DNA of 64,000 bases from a virus (Duplodnaviria > Heunggongvirae > Uroviricota > Caudoviricetes): IMG/VR virus record IMGVR_UViG_3300031088_000735; one strand, written 5' to 3'. Below the pieces are notes generated by a model that saw only the letters and a list, made by a program, of their open reading frames with translations, was not told the origin of the DNA and searched no databases. Position 1 is the first letter of the stretch, and the number at the start of each line of letters is the position of its first letter. Below, piece after piece: positions 19,160 to 28,138 of the stretch. The position numbers were made by a program, and so were the translations under genes.

Positions 19160-19423
19160 ATGAACAAATTCATTATTGCCATTGCTCTTTGCTTGTTCAC
19201 TACCTTGGCTTCTGCAGCTCAGGAACCTGTTCGTATCAAATACAATGGTAGTCGTGGTTGGGATGTGACCTCACCACTGTATCGCACCACTGCCAGCCAA
19301 ACTCGCTCGAAAGTGCGTTACTACGAAAATCTTCCAAAAAAACAAGTGCGTGAAGCGTTTCGTGACCTTGACCGCAATATGAACCGCAACATCAATCGCA
19401 GCCTGAAAAAGCTGTTTCGCTGA
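19160..19423 (+). CDS. exported basic protein
   Basis: signal peptide MNKFIIAIALCLFTTLASA; CCCATC promoter upstream. Confidence 0.75.
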   Translation: MNKFIIAIALCLFTTLASAAQEPVRIKYNGSRGWDVTSPLYRTTASQTRSKVRYYENLPKKQVREAFRDLDRNMNRNINRSLKKLFR

Positions 19424-19490
19424 CAGGCGGTGATTGAACATATAAGCTTTATCGTGTTAAACTAATAACATACCCAAGAGGATTCAAATC

Positions 19491-19610
19491 ATGAAAAATG
19501 AACTTGTTTCGGTGGTTGTTTCAGTTTCTTGCATTCCACTTATTGTTCCAGCTTATATCGGATACTACCTGTTCTTTGCTCGACACGACAAGGCTCCCGT
19601 AAAAGCCTAA
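19491..19610 (+). CDS. small single-TM protein (39 aa)
   Basis: GAGGA SD; hydrophobic core. Confidence 0.55.
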   Translation: MKNELVSVVVSVSCIPLIVPAYIGYYLFFARHDKAPVKA

Positions 19611-19648
19611 CATAAACAACGGCCACAAGTCTTAGACAGGGATTTATT

Positions 19649-19873
19649 ATGTCAGCCAAAGAACCACAACCGATGCCGGAAATGTTTAAACGAAACGGGC
19701 CAGAAGGTCACGTTCCATCAGTAAGACCACGGCCTTCGGCGGCACCACCACCTCGAAACCGTCAAAAGCCTTCGCCAGATTTCATGACGTTGAAAAAGAT
19801 TGTGATGGATGATGACAGTCTCTCAGCCGAGCAACAGCTTAACTTGATTGACAAGATAAGCGAATTGTATTGA
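19649..19873 (+). CDS. hypothetical Pro-rich protein
   Basis: AGGGA SD. Confidence 0.6.
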   Translation: MSAKEPQPMPEMFKRNGPEGHVPSVRPRPSAAPPPRNRQKPSPDFMTLKKIVMDDDSLSAEQQLNLIDKISELY

Positions 19874-19968
19874 ATTTAACACCATTTAAAACCTAGATTT
19901 TCAAAATTTAGGTTTTTTTTTGTTCCGATTATGGTATAATGACTCATTAAAATTATTGAGCATCCGTC

Positions 19969-20580
19969 ATGATCGCGTCGAAACATCAACTGGTTCATCC
20001 TGCTTATGTTGAATACCTCGAAGCTGTCAACAACAATCAGTTGGCTGACGTGGTTATTCTTGATCGTTATGCTTTGGTCGATTTTGATTACAACTATTAC
20101 CAAAACTCCGCTTTTCATGAAGCTTGCATTAAAGCAGGCATTTATTCATTGATTACCAAAACCCTCGTTAACAACTTGGCGAAATTGTTGGAAGGCAAAC
20201 GCTGCCTTGAAGTCATGGCGGGGCGTGGTCGCTTAACCTATCATTTGAATCAATCTGGCATCGACATTGTAGCTACTGATAATAATTCTTGGTCGCTGAA
20301 TGACCATAATGTTATCCAAATGACTGGTTTAGAAGCTGTTCGTCACTACTATGACCAAATGGATATGTTGGTACTCTGCTGGCCTCCTATGACCAATGAC
20401 GCTTTTCAAATCATCAAAGCATGGGGCACCGAAAAACCTATTCTGATTGGTGGTGAGCTTGGTGGTTGTTGTGGCGATGATTTGCTTTATGAGCATTTCA
20501 ATTGTGACGTTTTGGATGTGGGACACGTCTCACTGTCAGGAATCTATGACGATTTTCATCTCGGCTACTTTCGTCCATAA
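19969..20580 (+). CDS. class I SAM-dependent methyltransferase-like
   Basis: LEVMAGRG motif I, IVATD, LVLCWPP. Confidence 0.7.
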   Translation: MIASKHQLVHPAYVEYLEAVNNNQLADVVILDRYALVDFDYNYYQNSAFHEACIKAGIYSLITKTLVNNLAKLLEGKRCLEVMAGRGRLTYHLNQSGIDIVATDNNSWSLNDHNVIQMTGLEAVRHYYDQMDMLVLCWPPMTNDAFQIIKAWGTEKPILIGGELGGCCGDDLLYEHFNCDVLDVGHVSLSGIYDDFHLGYFRP

Positions 20581-20689
20581 ATAAAGGCTATTAAAACCCA
20601 GTTTTATATGATGTTTCGTTCTTTATCTTGGGTTGACCTGAAAAGTCCATAGCATTATAATATCGGCACTTTGAAGGAGATAGTAAGTT

Positions 20690-21187
20690 ATGATGATTCT
20701 GAAAAACCTTACCATTCTACTGGCCCTTAGTGCTTCTACTGTTTTTGCTGCTGAAAAAGAAGCTGTTAGCCGTTGTGACTCGAATGATGAATGCTTGAAG
20801 TTGGCCGAGGTCTTGTATTTTGAGGCTCGGGGTGAAACCAAAGAAGGCATTATTGCTGTTGGTCAAGTCGTTCTTAACCGAACGGCTCGGGCTGGTGACA
20901 CGATTGTTGCAGTTGTTGATAAAAAAGTAACAATTAAGAATAAAATCATTTGTCAGTTTTCTTATGTTTGTGACCTGCTCAATGGGAAACCCAAACAGAT
21001 TAATAATGACAAATTGAAAGTTATCGCCCAAGGCTTGCTGGATAATAAATACCCAGATTATGCCAAAGGTGCTGACCATTTCTTTAACACGTCTATCGAA
21101 GCCCCTAGCTGGTCTAAGAACATGACGCATGTTACTTCTATCGGTAGTCACATGTTTTACGACTCGACCCGCGAAACAGACTCTTAA
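20690..21187 (+). CDS. cell wall hydrolase (SleB/Hydrolase_2 family), exported
   Basis: CLKLAEVLYFEARGE...AVGQVVLNR...CQFS...GADHF...W......IGSH.FY. Confidence 0.9.
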   Translation: MMILKNLTILLALSASTVFAAEKEAVSRCDSNDECLKLAEVLYFEARGETKEGIIAVGQVVLNRTARAGDTIVAVVDKKVTIKNKIICQFSYVCDLLNGKPKQINNDKLKVIAQGLLDNKYPDYAKGADHFFNTSIEAPSWSKNMTHVTSIGSHMFYDSTRETDS

Positions 21188-21308
21188 TCGGCCTAGTGCT
21201 ACTTCAAAGCCCTTGATAATGATCTTATCAGGGGTTTTTCTTTTTTGATTCGTTGCACTACCTATGGTTTTCAGGTATAATCTAGTTTCTTAATAGGAAC
21301 TATCGACT

Positions 21309-21542
21309 ATGCGAACTAATCCGATACGTGACATTTTGGTGATGGGTATCAGCAATGGCCGTTCCAGTGTGGGCTTGTTGGTTTATCGTCTCCAGCCTTT
21401 GCCCAGTGTTCAACGGGATTTTTCTGTTGATAGCTTGATTATTGACGGATACTCGTTTGATACAGACCATATAAAGCATTGTCAGCCTGTTGCAAAGCCT
21501 TATGGCAAAAGCTATCGCAAGTCGTTCCTTGGTAAAAATTAA
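21309..21542 (+). CDS. hypothetical protein, tandem paralog
   Basis: shares KPYGK.YR C-terminus with 21562. Confidence 0.7.
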   Translation: MRTNPIRDILVMGISNGRSSVGLLVYRLQPLPSVQRDFSVDSLIIDGYSFDTDHIKHCQPVAKPYGKSYRKSFLGKN

Positions 21543-21561
21543 TCACTAGGAGTCTCATTTC

Positions 21562-21786
21562 ATGTATGGTAAAGACATCATCGTTATTGGTGCTGCCCGT
21601 GGCCGATTAGGTTTTGGGCGTATTATTCGTCTGCTGAGTGACATCCCTGTCGTAAATGGTGATTTTGTGGTCGATCATCTGGGGTTTGTCGATTATGTCG
21701 AACCTATCGTTGTTAAACCAGATAATCGTCTGTATTACCAGCAATTCGATAAGCCCTATGGCAAAAACTATCGTCGGTCAAAATGA
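21562..21786 (+). CDS. hypothetical protein, tandem paralog
   Basis: AGGAG SD; similar to 21309. Confidence 0.7.
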   Translation: MYGKDIIVIGAARGRLGFGRIIRLLSDIPVVNGDFVVDHLGFVDYVEPIVVKPDNRLYYQQFDKPYGKNYRRSK

Positions 21787-21852
21787 AGTTTTTCTATGCA
21801 GGATAATTTAATCCTGTTATAATGGCTTCATTATTTAAAGGGAGTGGCTAAT

Positions 21853-22074
21853 ATGGGTATGGCATTTGGCATTAGCGTTGATGACGTTGAAACAGTTTTG
21901 AGAAATCATGGCGTTACTCATGCTACCGAAGATGAGTTGATTAACCTGTTCGATTCTCTTGATTTAGATATCGTTGAACATGCTGCTCTGGCTGGGGCTG
22001 AAATGGACGAACAAACTAATTACGCCCATGCAGAAATTGCGGCTCAGTTGAAAATTAATGGGTTTATTTCTTGA
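21853..22074 (+). CDS. hypothetical protein
   Basis: GGAG SD; terminator follows. Confidence 0.7.
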   Translation: MGMAFGISVDDVETVLRNHGVTHATEDELINLFDSLDLDIVEHAALAGAEMDEQTNYAHAEIAAQLKINGFIS

Positions 22075-22176
22075 TTGAGCTAGTAAGTAAAAAGTAGGCT
22101 TCGGCCTATTTTTTTTGTTTTTATTTTGCAAAAATCTTTATTTTGTTGTATAATGGCATTCTAAACAAGTGGGAGC

Positions 22177-22686
22177 GTGGTTATGAGCGAATTCAAATAC
22201 AATGTTGGCGACAAGGTTATCAGCTTGTACGACTTGTCTTTGTGGGACAACTCTATCCATTTTGAAAAATTCAAAGCCAGTTTCATCAAGACTGTTACCA
22301 GTGCTAATGCAGAATACTTTTCTGTAACCGCCTATGACGTTAACCAGCCAATGAATTATGACAGCTTGAATGATCGTCATATTTTTAAGCAAAAAGATGG
22401 CAGTTGCCGTGATTACACCTATACAGTTGATAACCATCTGTATCATTTTGTTCATGATCATGATCGCATCGTGGCATTTGTAAAGAAAAAAATTGCCGAA
22501 GCCTTCGATAAAGCTCAGTCCGAAGATGATAAAGAAATTGCTTCTCTGGAAGAACAAATTCGTCGTCTTCAATCTCGTTTGGACGTTGTTAAGGCTGGTG
22601 GTAGAGCGGCTGTTAGTCGGCCATTCCCACAACGTCAATTCCTGAAAGACCAAGAAACCTTTATTTTGACTAGCTTGGGCCTGTAA
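22177..22686 (+). CDS. hypothetical protein, paralog of 61184
   Basis: F.VGDKV..L..L.LW N-terminus shared with 61184; coiled-coil C-terminus. Confidence 0.75.
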   Translation: MVMSEFKYNVGDKVISLYDLSLWDNSIHFEKFKASFIKTVTSANAEYFSVTAYDVNQPMNYDSLNDRHIFKQKDGSCRDYTYTVDNHLYHFVHDHDRIVAFVKKKIAEAFDKAQSEDDKEIASLEEQIRRLQSRLDVVKAGGRAAVSRPFPQRQFLKDQETFILTSLGL

Positions 22687-22766
22687 AACCTTAAAAATAG
22701 CTTGTTTCTTGTGTTCAACATTGTTATACTAGACTTCTCAACCAAACCCATAGAAGGAAATGCAAA

Positions 22767-22958
22767 ATGGCTCAAAAATTCGGTGGTCGTGATTTGGTAA
22801 CTTCCCGTTCGGGCTACACTGGCCGTGTTATGGCTACTTATCCCGGTGAAAATGGTCGTGAAATCATGGTTCAAGGTGTTCCAGATGCCCGCTCTGGCAA
22901 GTCCCCAGAACCGCGTGTGTTCACTGAAAAGGCTCTGCGTGGTGTGTCCTTCGGATAA
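22767..22958 (+). CDS. small SH3-like beta protein
   Basis: AAGGA SD; biased codons; terminator; fold is a guess. Confidence 0.65.
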   Translation: MAQKFGGRDLVTSRSGYTGRVMATYPGENGREIMVQGVPDARSGKSPEPRVFTEKALRGVSFG

Positions 22959-23033
22959 CGCCGAAAACACCTTCAATTAAAAGGCCGTTTCGACGGTCTT
23001 TTTTTATTAAAGATTCAATTGTTGAGAAAAAGT

Positions 23034-23306
23034 ATGACCAAAAAGTACATTTTGCTTTGTAATAATGAGCTGTTTACTTTTGACAATGGTAAAAATATGG
23101 CTGATATCAACGCATGGCGGCGTGTCCTATGTGTTTGGAATGATCAGCTTGAATGCTTTTATCTGGATAAGGCTGGCGATGATATTGAACACGTCGATGA
23201 CCTTATGCGGCTTATGTTGAAAGGCCCGGTTGACGTTTACACTCAGTCGATGGTAAATAGCGGAGACAGTCCAGTTAGCTTTTTCTTGAAAGAACTTGTT
23301 GAATAA
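23034..23306 (+). CDS. hypothetical protein
   Basis: ORF; start at TTG 23019 or ATG 23034. Confidence 0.65.
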   Translation: MTKKYILLCNNELFTFDNGKNMADINAWRRVLCVWNDQLECFYLDKAGDDIEHVDDLMRLMLKGPVDVYTQSMVNSGDSPVSFFLKELVE

Positions 23307-23376
23307 GGATTGTTTTGTATTTTGTTTTTTTGTATAATGCCCCATCAAAAATAAACGCTTACATTTAGGAATAATC

Positions 23377-23556
23377 ATGGCTGGCTATATTCATGATGAC
23401 ATCAAAGAAATTATGGAAGACGCTGCAGATTCTGTTCATCCGACATTGCCTTCGACTAAAGGATGGACAGAAGAACAGTTGAAGTCTTTGGATGTGATGA
23501 TGCAATTCGCATGGAATCGTGGTTACAAATCGGCTTCGCAAGATTTAAATGAATAA
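23377..23556 (+). CDS. hypothetical protein (59 aa, not in ORF track)
   Basis: AGGA SD, CCCATC promoter; MAGYIHDDIKEIMEDAADS... Confidence 0.65.
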   Translation: MAGYIHDDIKEIMEDAADSVHPTLPSTKGWTEEQLKSLDVMMQFAWNRGYKSASQDLNE

Positions 23557-23608
23557 AAGTTGTTGACACGTTAGCCGAAACCTTGATATAATTTAGCTAC
23601 ACACAAAC

Positions 23609-23693
23609 GCCCATGTGGTGAAATTGGTAGACGCGGCGGATTCAAAATCCGCTTCCGAAAGGAGTATCGGTTCGAGTCCGATCTTGGGCACCA
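23609..23693 (+). tRNA. trnL: tRNA-Leu(CAA)
   Basis: cloverleaf, anticodon loop TTCAAAA, long variable arm, GGTTCGAGTCC, encoded CCA. Confidence 0.95.
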
Positions 23694-23707
23694 AATTTAA
23701 GATTTAT

Positions 23708-23875
23708 GGCTGTTGTCAAACTGGATCGGTTTAAGGTGTCGAATGTGCAGACATTAAGAATCGTGGATGTGGAGGCAGAGCGAAGATGAAAACAGTAATT
23801 CAGACGAGATTGCACATACTCTGAGGCTTACTCAATAGTCCTAGCTTGGTGGTTCGATCCCATTAACAGCTACCA
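23708..23875 (+). ncRNA. tRNA-like RNA with ~130-nt internal domain
   Basis: acceptor GGCTGTT/AACAGCT + A + CCA, T arm GGTGG-TTCGATC-CCATT, D-loop-like AAACTGG; followed by terminator. Confidence 0.65.
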
Positions 23876-23976
23876 AACACAAACCACCTTTACGGGTGGT
23901 TTTTTTATTTTTAGGCTTTTATAATTCCTTTTATTTTGATATACTCTGGTTGTTGATTCTTTATTTGAGGTTTTTA

Positions 23977-24171
23977 ATGAAAACACGTATCCGCGAAGTT
24001 GAACGTTACGGTGGTAAAAAAGCCTATATTTGTGAATACAAATGGCTGTTCTGGTGGCGTCCATGCAATACCACTTTGACTCATTTTCCAATGGGTTCAT
24101 GCCGCAGTGGATATTCAAAAAAGGAATATGCCGAAGAACGTATTAAAGCGTTTCTGGCGGGTGAACCTTAA
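23977..24171 (+). CDS. hypothetical protein
   Basis: GAGGT SD before ATG 23977. Confidence 0.65.
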   Translation: MKTRIREVERYGGKKAYICEYKWLFWWRPCNTTLTHFPMGSCRSGYSKKEYAEERIKAFLAGEP

Positions 24172-24233
24172 TTTCCCTTTGTTCTTTTTCCTTGTGTATG
24201 GTATAATACTCTCAATCTAATTGGGGGTATTGT

Positions 24234-24842
24234 ATGCAGCTCATCGAACACTTCTCTACCAGCTATGGCCCTCGCACTAAGCACCACGCTCAGACTGCAG
24301 ATCTTACGGTGGCTTTTGCCGAAGACTTCAACTCAGCCGGTGAACGTCTAACCAAACGCGAAGCAGGCAAACGCTATGTTGCCATTCATTTGAGCACTGA
24401 CCCGCTTGTGGCTGCTCGTATGCTCTATGCTGCTTGCAAAAAACACAACGTGTCAACATTGAACGTCGCAGGTAATGGTATCTACTCGCTTTCTGGTGCG
24501 TGGTCGAATGGTCAATTGAATGCACAGCACAAATTTCAATCGTTGGATGATGAGAAATTGGTTAACGAGCTGCAGGCTTCTTTGAACCAGTGGATTTATC
24601 TTGTCATTTCCAAAGTCCATGAATTCTGGCCTCTTACCCATCTTATTTCAGGTGGTCAAACAGGTGTGGATTGGGCCGGTGGTATCGCTGGTGAGCTTCT
24701 GGGCTTAGATGTGAAGATGACATTCCCTAAGCACTATATGCAGCGTGACGAGCACCATAATGACTTTACTCAAAGCCATGAAGCAGTTCAGCAAAAAGTC
24801 AGTGCTTACTTGAACTACGTTGATACCACTCAAAAAATCTAG
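24234..24842 (+). CDS. SLOG-superfamily (YpsA/MoCo-carrier-like) nucleotide-processing protein
   Basis: LNVAGNG and ISGGQTGVD motifs, RT..A..AD.T motif. Confidence 0.65.
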   Translation: MQLIEHFSTSYGPRTKHHAQTADLTVAFAEDFNSAGERLTKREAGKRYVAIHLSTDPLVAARMLYAACKKHNVSTLNVAGNGIYSLSGAWSNGQLNAQHKFQSLDDEKLVNELQASLNQWIYLVISKVHEFWPLTHLISGGQTGVDWAGGIAGELLGLDVKMTFPKHYMQRDEHHNDFTQSHEAVQQKVSAYLNYVDTTQKI

Positions 24843-24916
24843 CCTAAAAAACTAGATTTTGTTTACATTGATTTGGGTTTTGATGTATAATGACTGAAAT
24901 CAAACGAGGCTATACC

Positions 24917-25498
24917 ATGACTGCTCTTGAACAAATGCACGCTCAACTCAAAGCCATCCGCGAACAACGTGGTCAACTCTTTGAGCAAATCCGACCGCTT
25001 CAGGAACAAGCGGCTGTTCTCTCGAAAAGCATTACAGATCTTAATGACGCTATCACCGTAGAAACCCTGAAAACTGAGCAAACTGAACAAGACCGCTTTG
25101 ATTTTCTGATGGCCGAATCTGGTTCTGGCTCGGACATGAAGCGTTATAATGCTGCTGATACCATCATTCGTGATATGGGTTTATACATGACGGGTTGGTG
25201 CGAGTTCAGCCAACAGCGTTCAGCACAAGTCTTTATCTACAAGTTGGATGAAGGACGTAACGATAAGACGATTGTTTCTATCAAAAAGCTTATCGAACTC
25301 TTTAAGCCAATGGATGAAGAAGGTAACAAGACCTTTAAAGTCTTCTGTCAAGATTACACAATTTTCGCTCATGCTGACGGCACGTTTTCTTTGCGTAAAT
25401 CCCGCTTCAAGAACGATTTTGCTACACTGGAAGAGTTGTTTGCTTACTACGTTGCAAACTGCCCTTGCGATGACGATGAAGAAGGCAATGACGACTGA
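24917..25498 (+). CDS. hypothetical protein, N-terminal coiled coil
   Basis: GAGG SD before ATG 24917. Confidence 0.75.
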   Translation: MTALEQMHAQLKAIREQRGQLFEQIRPLQEQAAVLSKSITDLNDAITVETLKTEQTEQDRFDFLMAESGSGSDMKRYNAADTIIRDMGLYMTGWCEFSQQRSAQVFIYKLDEGRNDKTIVSIKKLIELFKPMDEEGNKTFKVFCQDYTIFAHADGTFSLRKSRFKNDFATLEELFAYYVANCPCDDDEEGNDD

Positions 25499-25676
25499 GC
25501 GGTTGATGTTAAGAAGGGGGCCAATCGGCCCTTTTTTTATTTCTGCTTAAATATCAATAGTATACAGTGATTTATTTTGATGTTTTCAGTAAAAAAGATG
25601 AAAATAATGCTTTACACCGATGTTCTTTTTCCCTATAATGAACCCATCAAAACGAAACAACACAAGGAAATACGAA

Positions 25677-25808
25677 ATGCAAGGTTCTCACCGCGACATG
25701 ATGGAAAAGTTTGCAGGTAAGCAGAAAGACAACTCCAAACGTAGCGAAAACAAAGCTAGCCGTCAAAACCGTGATCAACGTCGCAATCGTCACCCGGACG
25801 CAGAATAA
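25677..25808 (+). CDS. small basic MQGS-family peptide, copy 2 (43 aa)
   Basis: MQGSHRDMMEKFAGKQKDNSKRSENKASRQNRDQRRNRHPDAE; AAGGA SD; 9 nt before tRNA-Arg. Confidence 0.85.
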   Translation: MQGSHRDMMEKFAGKQKDNSKRSENKASRQNRDQRRNRHPDAE

Positions 25809-25817
25809 CCCAAACAT

Positions 25818-25894
25818 CCGTGCGTAGCTCAGTTGGATAGAGCATCCGCCTTCTAAGCGGATGGTCGCAGGTTCGAATCCTGCCGCATGGGCCA
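25818..25894 (+). tRNA. trnR: tRNA-Arg(TCT)
   Basis: cloverleaf, anticodon loop CTTCTAA, GGTTCGAATCC, CCA. Confidence 0.95.
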
Positions 25895-25933
25895 AATTTC
25901 TACTCTTGTTTTAAAAATCAACGACAGGACATA

Positions 25934-26431
25934 GTGATGAAAACCACTGAATTTCCAAAAAACTTTGAAATTTTCTTGGAGACTGTTTCCTCGGTAGCTC
26001 AGATCTATAAAGGTGAGAACTTCGCCTCGATGGAATATGCCAAACGCTATGATTTGAAAGCCGCCAATAAAAAACCAAAAGAAAATGCTAAACGTCCAGT
26101 CAAAAATAACGCTATTCATCCGATTGATGATCTGTTTGTGGGCGTTCAGTGGGAGACTGGTGGTGTGCGTGGTGGTTCTTGGCATCAAGATGCTAAACCA
26201 GAACGTTTTATATCTAATGAACAACCAGTTTCTATCACTCCACTGATTTGTAAAGTGCTGATTGCTGTTGGTCGAGAAAACTTGTCGTTTGTTCAGTATT
26301 CAGCTTATATCGAAACACTGTTTCGCAAGGGTTCTTCTACTAATTCTGGAGATTGCTACGGCAACTCTGTCGATTACAATTATGTTGCAGTGAATTTGAA
26401 AGAACTTTACGATGCTTTGGCTGATTTTTAA
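25934..26431 (+). CDS. hypothetical protein
   Basis: AGGA SD; 165 aa ORF. Confidence 0.75.
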   Translation: MMKTTEFPKNFEIFLETVSSVAQIYKGENFASMEYAKRYDLKAANKKPKENAKRPVKNNAIHPIDDLFVGVQWETGGVRGGSWHQDAKPERFISNEQPVSITPLICKVLIAVGRENLSFVQYSAYIETLFRKGSSTNSGDCYGNSVDYNYVAVNLKELYDALADF

Positions 26432-26521
26432 TTAAATTAGTCTTATCATTGCCCTAAAAAATCTTGTGTGTAGGATGTTATGTTGATATAATGTCCCCAT
26501 TGAAAGGAAGCAAAATTTTAA

Positions 26522-26606
26522 GCCCGAGTGGTGAAATTGGTAGACGCGGGGGACTTAAAATCCCCTTCCTTACGGAGTGCCGGTTCGAGTCCGGCCTCGG
26601 GCACCA
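26522..26606 (+). tRNA. trnL: tRNA-Leu(TAA) copy 1
   Basis: cloverleaf, loop CTTAAAA, CCA; own promoter at ~26462-26492. Confidence 0.95.
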
Positions 26607-26645
26607 GATTACAAAACCCTATTCACCATTTGTTATTTAATGAAT

Positions 26646-26677
26646 GTGCCAGAGGTGAGCCAATAATGCAGCACTAA
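26646..26677 (+). other. minigene 1 (SD + ATG CAG CAC TAA, MQH)
   Basis: GTGCCA-GAGGTGA-7 nt-ATG at 26666. Confidence 0.7.
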
Positions 26678-26746
26678 GACTTAATTAATTCTATAATTGA
26701 ATCTAGTATAATGAATCCGAAATGACTTTAATTCTAATTAGATGAA

Positions 26747-26778
26747 GTGCCAGAGGTGAGCTACCCATGCCGCATTAA
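26747..26778 (+). other. minigene 2 (SD + ATG CCG CAT TAA, MPH)
   Basis: GTGCCA-GAGGTGA-7 nt-ATG at 26767. Confidence 0.7.
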
Positions 26779-26823
26779 ATTTAAATCAAATCTAGATATT
26801 AATCAATTGACAAAAATGTTGTA

Positions 26824-26850
26824 AAAACCCCATTAATGTGGGGTTTTTTG
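26824..26850 (+). terminator. intrinsic terminator closing tRNA-Leu/minigene unit 1
   Basis: AAAAACCCCATTAATGTGGGGTTTTTT. Confidence 0.85.
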
Positions 26851-26912
26851 TTGCACAGAATTTATTATTTATGTATAATGTATTTTTATTACTTTCATTA
26901 CAAGGAAATTGT

Positions 26913-27119
26913 ATGCACGAAGAAATAATTAAAACATTTTATCGTAAACGTCCTGATGGTAGCATAGGTTTTGCAGAAATCAGCAGCTACAATTATCCAG
27001 ATCGAGATCGCTTTGATCAGGCGTGCTATTTCTTCCAAGCAGAAGGCTATTTTGATACGCTCGAAGAAGCCAAAGATGCGGACTATGTTCCACCGCTAGC
27101 CTACGAAAGAACGGAATAA
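26913..27119 (+). CDS. hypothetical protein
   Basis: AAGGA SD before ATG 26913. Confidence 0.7.
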   Translation: MHEEIIKTFYRKRPDGSIGFAEISSYNYPDRDRFDQACYFFQAEGYFDTLEEAKDADYVPPLAYERTE

Positions 27120-27221
27120 TCTTTTAAATTTTAAACAAAACCGTCTTTATGGCGGTTTTTTGTTGTCATACTTTTTGTTTTTTGCTATAATCATTTCATT
27201 AAAGACATTTATAGGTTCAAC

Positions 27222-27698
27222 ATGATTTCTATCGAAACCTACTCGAAACCAGCCGAAAATCCAGAAATCGTAAAACTGGTCTATTACTCCATGCGTAATA
27301 AATACACGGCAGACTCCGATCCAGCCGGTTTGACGTTTAAAGAAGTCCGTTCTATCTTGAAAGGGCTTTCTGTTATGGCTATCAAGCATGAAGGCCGCAT
27401 TGTGGGCATTGTCCGCATGTCTGATGTGGGGTTCCCAATGAATATGCGTTTGGGTCTTAACAATGCCTTTTCCTATGAAAACCTTGGCATGATTTACATT
27501 GCCAAAAAAGAACGTGGTAATGGCTTTGCCAGTGCAGCAGTTGAATACTTGCTCACTCAGCATAAAAATCTCATTTATGTGGTTCATCAAAGTAATGTCG
27601 CCAGCAATAAATTGGCAGAAAAATACTTCACTTTTTTCAAAAGGCAATCGTCTTTTCGCTCGTTTGAAGCCTACAATATTTACAAAATCGAGCAATAA
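27222..27698 (+). CDS. GNAT-family acetyltransferase
   Basis: LGMIYIAKKERGNGFASAAV; N.AS..LAEK. Confidence 0.8.
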   Translation: MISIETYSKPAENPEIVKLVYYSMRNKYTADSDPAGLTFKEVRSILKGLSVMAIKHEGRIVGIVRMSDVGFPMNMRLGLNNAFSYENLGMIYIAKKERGNGFASAAVEYLLTQHKNLIYVVHQSNVASNKLAEKYFTFFKRQSSFRSFEAYNIYKIEQ

Positions 27699-27768
27699 GT
27701 TGTTGACGTAAAAAGACTTTCTTGTTATACTTCTCCCATCAAAACGAAACAACAAAAGGATACAAAAC

Positions 27769-27897
27769 ATGCAAGGCTCTTACCGCGACACGATGGAAAA
27801 GTTCCCTAGCAAATCTAAGGACACTGTAAAACGTGGCGAAAACAAAGCTTCCCGCAACATGCGTGACCAACGTCGCAATCGTCACTCGGACGAATAA
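27769..27897 (+). CDS. small basic MQGS-family peptide, copy 3 (42 aa, not in ORF track)
   Basis: MQGSYRDTMEKFPSKSKDTVKRGENKASRNMRDQRRNRHSDE; AAGGA SD; 9 nt before tRNA-Leu. Confidence 0.85.
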   Translation: MQGSYRDTMEKFPSKSKDTVKRGENKASRNMRDQRRNRHSDE

Positions 27898-27906
27898 GTC
27901 AACTAC

Positions 27907-27991
27907 GCCCGGTTGGTGAAATTGGTAGACGCGGGGGACTTAAAATCCCCTTCCTTACGGAGTGCCGGTTCGAGTCCGGCACCGGGCACCA
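27907..27991 (+). tRNA. trnL: tRNA-Leu(TAA) copy 2
   Basis: cloverleaf; matches copy 1 apart from compensatory acceptor-stem changes. Confidence 0.95.
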
Positions 27992-28031
27992 AATTAAACA
28001 AATAACATTAACGACTTGCTAATTAATGAGT

Positions 28032-28063
28032 GTGCCAGAGGTGAGCCAATAATGCAGCACTAA
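28032..28063 (+). other. minigene 3 (SD + ATG CAG CAC TAA, MQH)
   Basis: same sequence as minigene 1; ATG at 28052. Confidence 0.7.
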
Positions 28064-28138
28064 GACTTAATTAATCCTATAATTGAATCTAGTATATAGT
28101 TTATGAATACCGATTAATGTGAAATACTCTTATAATAA

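Noticed and set aside
23708-23875. Calling the tRNA-like RNA a bona fide tmRNA
   Set aside because: Under half the usual length, no G3-U70 in the 7-bp register, no clear pseudoknots or hydrophobic-ended tag; kept only as tRNA-like.
26641-26668. Alternative reading M(N/S)VPEVSQ in the repeat
   Set aside because: No SD upstream, and the start and stop in this frame are not conserved in units 2 and 4.
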